The notes under the pieces are model-generated. The model did no database searches. It saw only the letters and a list, made by a program, of their open reading frames with translations, and had not been told where the DNA came from. Positions 57,730-64,000 of a stretch of 64,000 bases of DNA are shown piece by piece. Source of the stretch: an uncultured Salinisphaerales bacterium. Its GTDB lineage: Bacteria; Pseudomonadota; Gammaproteobacteria; Nevskiales; CAJXLF01. The stretch's first letter is position 1. Each line of letters starts with the position of its first letter. The translations under genes were made by a program, and so were the position numbers. The stretch covers positions 85,040-149,039 of the forward strand of contig CAJXLF010000010.1 of the NCBI GenBank assembly GCA_913055805.1, read 5' to 3'.

Positions 57730-58044
57730 ATGCATTTTCTCTACTCGATCATCTTTATTGGTTTTCTGCTGTGTTCGGCTACCAGCATTGCCGGCTCGCC
57801 CTGGGATGCTGACCTCAAGGAAAAATACGAGGACCAGTGTGAAATTGCCGTACGTAACAATCCCATGGTTCAAGACCACAAGTACTACTGCTCATGTTAC
57901 ACAGATGGCCTTGAAGAAGAGTATGGGAAAGAGGGTTATTATCGGGTCATCAAAACCACACCCGATGAAAACGGGAATGCCATGGCGCAGTTTATGGCTG
58001 CATTGGTTATGGCATGTGCCATCGGATCTGCTGGTCAGAACTAG
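57730..58044 (+). CDS. hypothetical small secreted Cys-containing protein
   Basis: The internal ATG gives MHFLYSIIFIGFLLCSATSIAG (signal-like). GC looks lower than in neighbouring genes. No family was recognised. Confidence 0.45.
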   Translation: MHFLYSIIFIGFLLCSATSIAGSPWDADLKEKYEDQCEIAVRNNPMVQDHKYYCSCYTDGLEEEYGKEGYYRVIKTTPDENGNAMAQFMAALVMACAIGSAGQN

Positions 58045-58257
58045 GCCAATCCCTTTTAAAGGACTAAGGTGAAAATGCCGGGAGCCATCACCTTCTTCAT
58101 GCTTGCAAAGGCAGCCTGATTTAACCTGGAAATAATGCCCAACAATTTGTCCAAGTCGCTAAACGAGGAAAAAGGGGTCGGGAAAAGGGGTCGGAGTTAA
58201 TTTCGGTACGTTCGGGAGGGCTTTGGTCACCATCCCATAGACTTATTTATCCCTACA

Positions 58258-58464
58258 TCAATAATGCGTTTGTCCATGCGACACACTGGTGCCGGAAAAA
58301 TAGTCAGGCCCAATTAACTGTGCCAAGGACTGGGCCTCGTAACCCATCATGACGCAGATCGAGAGCAACAGCATAGAGCCGGTGAGGAAGCCTGCGGCCA
58401 GCACAGTAAATGTGTTGCCGGTGGTTTCACGCGGTGAGGCATTGTGTTCTGGCTTCGTATTCAT
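58258..58464 (-). CDS. possible small membrane protein
   Basis: 68-aa ORF with one hydrophobic segment (FTVLAAGFLTGSMLLLSICVMMG). It is divergent from the MarR gene. Confidence 0.3.
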   Translation of the reverse strand: MNTKPEHNASPRETTGNTFTVLAAGFLTGSMLLLSICVMMGYEAQSLAQLIGPDYFSGTSVSHGQTHY

Positions 58465-58671
58465 GGGCGCTATCTCCTGGCTGGATATCTAAACGAAATG
58501 AAAGAGGGGGTGGCCGACAACCGGCTGTTGGTATGCCCGGCATGCAGACGCGAACTGGGAACTTTCATATACTGCCAACCCATGGTCTGCATGAAATCTC
58601 GCTAATGCCGTTCGGACTGAATGGGCCTGCAGCCTGTGAGGAAACGGGTGAGAGGGACACGGCACACTCCT

Positions 58672-58711
58672 ATATAGTCAGTCTTAACTGATTACATAGT
58701 CAATCAGAACT
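58672..58711. promoter_or_regulatory. imperfect long palindrome, candidate MarR operator
   Basis: ATAGTCAGTCTTAACTGATTACATAGTCAATCAGAACTGACTTAT has outer arms ATAGTCAGT / ACTGACTTAT. It lies about 35 nt upstream of the MarR start. Confidence 0.35.
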
Positions 58712-58744
58712 GACTTATATTGTCAACTTTGGTTTACTAAATAG

Positions 58745-59227
58745 ATGAAAAAAGACGAGCTTGTATATCGCCGTATTGAATCCCTGGTGCTTTCAGTGGT
58801 GTGGCTGGGCCAGTTGGCGAACAAGAAGATGCTGAAGGAGTTCGGCGAGAAGCGCGGCATGCCCAACTTCAAGGAAGTGCACTTTGAGCTGTTTGGCTAC
58901 ATTGATCCCGACGGCACCACCATTACCGAGATTGCCAGGCGCAAGGGCGTGACCAAGCAATCCATCAGCAAGACGGTGATGGAGCTGATTGATATGGGTT
59001 TTCTGGAAGCCCGTGAGAATCCGCAGGACTCCCGTTCCAAACTGATTTCCTTCAACCTGCGGCCAGGTGGCGGCATGTTGAAGGGCTTCGAGGTGCTGGC
59101 GGAGATTGACGAGTCCATTGCCGCCGATCTTGGCGCTAGCACCTATAAGACGGTGCTGAGTTCCATGCAGAAAATCATTCAAAAGTTGGAAACCGAAAAT
59201 CCGGGCTTTTCCATTCACGACCTGTAG
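58745..59227 (+). CDS. MarR-family transcriptional regulator
   Basis: Winged-HTH segment ITEIARRKGVTKQSISKTVMELIDMGFLEARENPQDSRSKLI. Confidence 0.8.
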   Translation: MKKDELVYRRIESLVLSVVWLGQLANKKMLKEFGEKRGMPNFKEVHFELFGYIDPDGTTITEIARRKGVTKQSISKTVMELIDMGFLEARENPQDSRSKLISFNLRPGGGMLKGFEVLAEIDESIAADLGASTYKTVLSSMQKIIQKLETENPGFSIHDL

Positions 59228-59285
59228 TCCCACGACCAGCCGTCCTAAGAACAGAAGAAGAGTCCGGGCCGAGATATTGGCTGGC

Positions 59286-61409
59286 TTACCAGCCGTGTTT
59301 CGCTAACTCCATCTTCACCATCAACACAATAAAGTTCCAGATCGCCTTGATGTCATCCCAGACCGAAGGCTCATGCCGTGCCTGCTGGCGGATGTAATGC
59401 CGCAGGGCTTCCTGATCTTCTGACGTAAATTCCGGAAACACCGGCATGCCACGCGATAGCAGTCCGCCGTCATGCACGACGGCGGCAAAGGCGGTTTCAG
59501 ATAACGGAATGCTGGAGGCCCGCAGGTCCGGCGCATAGCCGCCGGCGACCACGCCGGAGCCGTGGCAGATGCTGCATTCCCTGAAGTAAATCTTTTTGCC
59601 TTTTTCAGCTTTGGCTGTGTCCACGATGAAGTCGGGGTCATCGACAATTTCGACCGGTGTTGATGGCGCAGGGGATGCGGGCAGTTCGGCCTCGCCATCC
59701 AGTGTGTACACCACCAGTCGGCGTGGATGTTGTCGGCCCACCCAGCCGAACTGGGCGGACAGGGTGCCCATGAGCATCTGACTGCCGCCCCACCCAGCGA
59801 GTGTGGCGACGTATTGTTTGCCATCCACGCTGAAGGTCATGGGCGGCGCCTGGGTGCCGACGCCCATGTCTTTTGCCCAGAGTTCTTCGCCGGTATCGGC
59901 ATCCTGGGCCACGAAGCGGCCATCGGCGCGGCCCTGGAAGACCAGGCCGCCTTTTGTCGTAATGACGCCGCCGTTACTCAGGCCCGGTGTAGGGACTTCC
60001 CATGCCTTTTGCTGGGTGACCGGGTTCCAGGCCAGCAGGGCGCTTTTGCCGGCGGTGGTGGGGATGTCGTCGAAGAAACCCTCAAGGCCCATCGGGTCCT
60101 TGTAGCTCATTTTCCAGTGGCGGGGGTCACGGCCGCCGTCGTTGTAATAGCCGGCCATCTCGCGGGTGGGGATGTACATGAGGCCGGTATCGGGCGAAAA
60201 GGCCATCGGGTGCCAGTTATGCATGCCGCCGGAGCCGGGCCAGATCATGGCTTCGCCGTTCTCATACCTTGCGCCCGGCACTTCCACCGGGCGGCCGGTT
60301 TCCAGATCCACCTTTTCCGCCCAGGTGACCTTGCCCAGTTTTTCGGCGGAGATGAGTTTGCCGGTTTCTCGGTCGATGACGTAGAAGAATCCGTTCTTGG
60401 GGGCGTGCATCAGCACCTTGCGGTCCTGGCCGTCGATGCTGAGGTTAGCCAGCACCATGTCCATGGTGGAGTTGAAGTCCCAGCTTTCGCCCGGCGTGGT
60501 CTGGTAGTGCCAGACGTATTCGCCGGTGTCGGCATCCAGCGCCACCACCGAGCACAGGAACAGGTTGTCGCCGCCGTCCGGGGAACGCAGTTTGTGATTC
60601 CAGGGCGAGCCATTGCCGGTGCCGATATAGATGCGGTTGTATTCCGGATCGTAGGTCATGGCGTTCCACACCGTGCCGCCGCCACCGAATTTCCACCACT
60701 CGCCGGTCCAGGTTTTGGCTGCCATTTCCATGGCTTCATTCTCGAAGCCGTCGGCCGGATTGCCGGGCACCACGTGCCAGCGCCAGCGCTGTTCGCCGGT
60801 TTCGGTGTCATAGGCGGTGACATAGCCGCGTACATAGCCGAAATCCGCACCGCCATGACCGATGATGACGGTGTCGTTGAACACGCGGGGTGCGCCGGTG
60901 ATGTAGCGGTTGTCGCCCGGTTCGGTGGTGAGCACCGACCAGACTTCCTTGCCGGTCTGGGCATCCAGCGCGATCAGCCGGCCGTCCTGCACGCCCACGT
61001 AGACACGGCCTTTCCAGAAGGCCAGGCCACGGATGCCCCAGGCCATGCGCATTTTCAGGGGATCGACTTGCGGGTTGTAGTGCCACAGCTTCTCGCCGGT
61101 GGCGGCGTCAATGGCATGCACTTCACTGAAACCGACTGCTATGTAGATGACGCCGTCCACCGCCAGCGGCTGGGACGAGACGCTCCACACGTTGTCGAGT
61201 TCGTAGCTCCAGGCCAGGCCCAGGCGGCCGATGTTGTCGCGGTTGATCTGGTCCAGCGGGCTGTAGCGCTGCTCGTCGAAAGTGCGACCCCAGGCGGCCC
61301 AGTTGTGGCCGTCTGTGGTGTTGTTCAGGGCGGCGTTGTCGATGGCGGCTTGCACTGCAGTACAGATGAGCAAGGCGGACCAGAGCAGCGGTTTGAAGTA
61401 TGGATTCAT
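59286..61409 (-). CDS. PQQ-dependent quinohaemoprotein alcohol dehydrogenase (methanol/ethanol family, C-terminal cytochrome c domain)
   Basis: Signal peptide. Eight-bladed propeller W-motifs. The adjacent Cys pair is not certain. The haem-binding site is CSICHG. Confidence 0.85.
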   Translation of the reverse strand: MNPYFKPLLWSALLICTAVQAAIDNAALNNTTDGHNWAAWGRTFDEQRYSPLDQINRDNIGRLGLAWSYELDNVWSVSSQPLAVDGVIYIAVGFSEVHAIDAATGEKLWHYNPQVDPLKMRMAWGIRGLAFWKGRVYVGVQDGRLIALDAQTGKEVWSVLTTEPGDNRYITGAPRVFNDTVIIGHGGADFGYVRGYVTAYDTETGEQRWRWHVVPGNPADGFENEAMEMAAKTWTGEWWKFGGGGTVWNAMTYDPEYNRIYIGTGNGSPWNHKLRSPDGGDNLFLCSVVALDADTGEYVWHYQTTPGESWDFNSTMDMVLANLSIDGQDRKVLMHAPKNGFFYVIDRETGKLISAEKLGKVTWAEKVDLETGRPVEVPGARYENGEAMIWPGSGGMHNWHPMAFSPDTGLMYIPTREMAGYYNDGGRDPRHWKMSYKDPMGLEGFFDDIPTTAGKSALLAWNPVTQQKAWEVPTPGLSNGGVITTKGGLVFQGRADGRFVAQDADTGEELWAKDMGVGTQAPPMTFSVDGKQYVATLAGWGGSQMLMGTLSAQFGWVGRQHPRRLVVYTLDGEAELPASPAPSTPVEIVDDPDFIVDTAKAEKGKKIYFRECSICHGSGVVAGGYAPDLRASSIPLSETAFAAVVHDGGLLSRGMPVFPEFTSEDQEALRHYIRQQARHEPSVWDDIKAIWNFIVLMVKMELAKHGW

Positions 61410-61575
61410 GAGGATCTACCTGTGTGTACAGGCATGTTATAGCCCGGGCGAGATGTCGGCACCACTCATCCGGACTATGAGCGTTCAGGATTGTTCTGTG
61501 GTGTGGGTGATCTGGCTGAAGGGCCACAAAATGTCATCATGCCCGCGAAGGTGGGTACGGGAATGACGGTTTTTT

Positions 61576-61686
61576 TATCCCCTCTCCCCTGGTGGGAGAG
61601 GGTTAGGGTGAGGGGGATACAAAGATAAAAGACTTCGCCTTTCACCCCCTCCCCAACCCTCCCCCCTCAAGGGGGAGGGGGATATC
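61576..61686. repeat. two REP-like C/G-rich palindromes
   Basis: TATCCCCTCTCCCCTGGTGGGAGAGGGTTAGGGTGAGGGGGATAC (61576-61620) and CCCTCCCCAACCCTCCCCCCTCAAGGGGGAGGGGGAT (61644-61686). Confidence 0.7.
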
Positions 61687-61725
61687 TTTCATGCTTATCT
61701 GCGAAGAACCTTTTTCCGAGGTGCC

Positions 61726-63201
61726 CTACGTGCCGCAGAAGGTTTGCGTGACGCGCTCCTGTGGCGTGGGTGGTGATTGCAGGTCTGCATCTTCCGGTGC
61801 GATTTCATAAGGATTGAGCAGGGCGGCACAGAGGCGCTGAAAAGGGGCGAAGTCATCCTGTTGTTCAGCTGCAGCAATGGCTTCTTCCACGCGGTGGTTG
61901 CGGGCGATGATGGCCGGGTTGCTGTGGCGCATGGTTTTGATGACCTCGGTGTCATCGGATTTGATGTCGCTCCATTGTTTGAACCAGGCTTCGGCTTTGG
62001 CCGGGTTATTGAACATGGCCAGCAGGGGTGCTGCGTCCGCACCGGCGGCAACACGGGTTAGCCGGTCAAAGAACAGTGTGTAATCAATACTGCTTTCGGT
62101 CAGTGCGCCCAGGGTGGTTTCGGACAGGCTGACGATATCCCCTTCGCTTACGTCGGTATCCAGGCCCAGCTTTTTCGCCATGCCGGTGTTGAAGGCGGCA
62201 TGGAAAGCCGGGGCAAAGGCATCGAGCTGCTGGCGGGCAATGGCCTCGGCTTTTTCGGCATCGGCATCCATCAGCGGCAGCAGCATGCTCGCCAGCTGCG
62301 TCAGGTTCCACACGGCGATATTGGGCTGCTGCCCCCAGGCATAACGCCCGTGCCGGTCGATGGAACTGAATACCTTGTTGGGATGGAACTCGTCCATGAA
62401 GGCGCAGGGACCGTAATCGATGGTCTCGCCCACCACCGACATGTTGTCGGTGTTCATCACGCCGTGGATAAAGCCGACCAACATCCATTGGGCAATGAGC
62501 GATGCCTGGGCTTCGGCCACAGTGCGTAGTAGATCGGCGTATTTATCCGGGCTTTCTGCCAGTGCGGGGAAATAGTGAGCGATGACGAAGTCGGCCAGCG
62601 CCTTCACGCCTTCTTCGCCCTGCGAGGCAGCGGCGTACTGGAAGCTGCCCACACGGATATGGCTCCTGGCCGTGCGTGCCACGATGCCGCCCGGTTGCAC
62701 GCCCTCGCGCATGATTTTCTCGCCGGTGCTGATCACGGCCAGCGAACGCGTGCTGGGAATGTCCAGGCCGTGCATGGCTTCGCTGACAATGTATTCACGC
62801 AGCATCGAACCCAGTGTGGCCTTGCCGTCGCCGCCACGGGAGAACTGCGTACGCCCCGAGCCCTTGAGCTGCACGTCGATGGGCTCGCCATCGGCATTAT
62901 GCATCTGCCCCAGCATGTGGGCACGGCCGTCACCGAGCAGCGGCACCCAGTGCCCGAACTGATGACCGGAATAGGCCATGGCGATAGGTGTGTTTTCGTA
63001 ATCGGCATTGCCAGACAGCAACGCCAGGCCTGCCTCGCTTTCAAACCAGTCCGCTGCGATGCCTTCGGCTTCGAGCAGTCGCTTGTTGAGTGCGATCAGC
63101 TTTGGCGCAGGCACGGCCATAGGCTGCGTTTCTTCGTAAAACGCGTCCGGCAGCTCACGGTAGTGCTGGTAGCGGATGGGGTTGAGTGGCAAGTCGTTCA
63201 C
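61726..63201 (-). CDS. selO: protein adenylyltransferase SelO (YdiU)
   Basis: AMAYSGHQFGHWVPLLGDGRA...GSGRTQFSRGGDGKA...HGVMNTDNMS are canonical SelO motifs. Confidence 0.9.
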   Translation of the reverse strand: MNDLPLNPIRYQHYRELPDAFYEETQPMAVPAPKLIALNKRLLEAEGIAADWFESEAGLALLSGNADYENTPIAMAYSGHQFGHWVPLLGDGRAHMLGQMHNADGEPIDVQLKGSGRTQFSRGGDGKATLGSMLREYIVSEAMHGLDIPSTRSLAVISTGEKIMREGVQPGGIVARTARSHIRVGSFQYAAASQGEEGVKALADFVIAHYFPALAESPDKYADLLRTVAEAQASLIAQWMLVGFIHGVMNTDNMSVVGETIDYGPCAFMDEFHPNKVFSSIDRHGRYAWGQQPNIAVWNLTQLASMLLPLMDADAEKAEAIARQQLDAFAPAFHAAFNTGMAKKLGLDTDVSEGDIVSLSETTLGALTESSIDYTLFFDRLTRVAAGADAAPLLAMFNNPAKAEAWFKQWSDIKSDDTEVIKTMRHSNPAIIARNHRVEEAIAAAEQQDDFAPFQRLCAALLNPYEIAPEDADLQSPPTPQERVTQTFCGT

Positions 63202-63372
63202 GCGAATAGTCCAGAACCTGATCTCATTCTACATGTTCGCAACTGGAGGAATTCGCATACGTTTAGGGGCGGTTGCCAGTGGGTTCCTGGTTGAGCAGGA
63301 ATGTTTCTGGTGGCAGCCGAATGAAGAAATAGCTAAGGTTTCTACGACTCATAACTACTGAGGTAAAATAAA

Positions 63373-63594
63373 ATGATGCACAGTCTTACAGAGATCGAGA
63401 ATGAAATTTTAAGCCTGTCTCCCGAAGAAAGGGAGCACGTGGCTTTAACTGCATGGGCCAGCCTTGATAACGGCCCCTCACTGGATCCCGAAGGGATAGA
63501 TATAGCGCTTCGTCGTGATAGTGACATCGAATCCGGCAATGCAGAAACTATTAGTCATGCCGAATTCGTAAAGCTCACTAACGACGAAAAATGA
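63373..63594 (+). CDS. addiction-module antitoxin (putative addiction module component family)
   Basis: ILSLSPEEREHVALTAWASL... is the family pattern. 4-nt overlap with the downstream toxin gene. Confidence 0.7.
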   Translation: MMHSLTEIENEILSLSPEEREHVALTAWASLDNGPSLDPEGIDIALRRDSDIESGNAETISHAEFVKLTNDEK

Positions 63595-63881
63595 AGCTTG
63601 AATTTCATCCTTCAACTACAACTGATCTGAACGAAGCAATCAAATACTACAACGAACTGCGGCCTGTTCTTGGTAAGCGCTTCCGTTCAGAGGTTTACGA
63701 TGCAATTGCGCGTATTCAAAACAACCCATTGGCCTATTCGGAAATCAAGGGTGTGCGGCGGGCAATGTTAAGCCGGTTTCCCTACTCAATTATTTACCGG
63801 CTCGTCGATAATCAAACCATTCGCATACTCTTGATCAGGCATCATCGCCGCCACCCAGGCCATGAGTCGCGTCGAAATTAA
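63591..63881 (+). CDS. RelE/ParE-family toxin
   Basis: KLEFHPSTTTDLNEAIKYYNE...RFPYSIIYRLVDNQTIRILLIRHHRRHP is a ParE-like layout. Confidence 0.75.
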   Translation: MKLEFHPSTTTDLNEAIKYYNELRPVLGKRFRSEVYDAIARIQNNPLAYSEIKGVRRAMLSRFPYSIIYRLVDNQTIRILLIRHHRRHPGHESRRN

Positions 63882-64000
63882 GTTCTTCCAATAAGGCTAT
63901 CCTACTGTCTGAGGCGCGTTTGGACCCCGGTCGTCACGGGCCGAGTCCGGTATGGCTGGGAAATATCTATCCGTCATCCTGTCGAAATCAAGGATCATTA

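Noticed and set aside
58150-58205. AAAAGGGGTCGGGAAAAGGGGTCGGAGTTAATTTCGG tandem motif as a possible regulatory or mobile-element end
   Set aside because: It is a single locus with two short direct units and no partner inverted repeat or adjacent transposase, which is insufficient to call.

Overview
GC-rich chromosomal segment with gammaproteobacterial-type core synteny: argA/argE, ygfB-pepP-ubiH, a tandem glycine riboswitch leading gcvT-gcvH-gcvPA-gcvPB, lgt-thyA ... folA, ettA, mltF, tRNA-Ser(CGA), purL, maiA, gdhB, yajQ, zapE, xerD-dsbC, a PQQ quinohaemoprotein dehydrogenase and selO. Coding density is high. Most long ORFs in the track that lie antisense to, or out of frame with, these genes look like high-GC artefacts. 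Accessory DNA sits in small islets. There are five type II toxin-antitoxin loci, one with a frameshifted toxin. An inverted-repeat-bounded GxxExxY cassette splits gcvH from gcvPA, and a cargo-less miniature copy lies after gcvPB. A ~1.7 kb visibly AT-rich islet is bounded by 20-bp direct repeats that duplicate the 3' end of yajQ and carries a single 493-aa ORFan. Several REP-like palindrome families are also present. The best candidate for an under-described system is a minimal CPBP-family intramembrane protease (2974-3414) whose start codon directly follows the stop of a secreted metzincin. That metzincin ends in a tripartite sorting-type tail (GCS...DPLLxLxLLLSxGY + basic cluster). The same tail recurs on a 740-aa beta-helix/Calx-beta surface protein 14 kb away, next to a LuxR-type two-component system. 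Other points worth a second look: a G9 run plus (ACATCTC)x4 heptamer array inside gcvPB, a perfect LexA-type box beside higBA, and an AGPS-like / GlpD-like / FGGY-kinase operon. All calls rest on reading the translations and the DNA by eye; no searches or computations were run.
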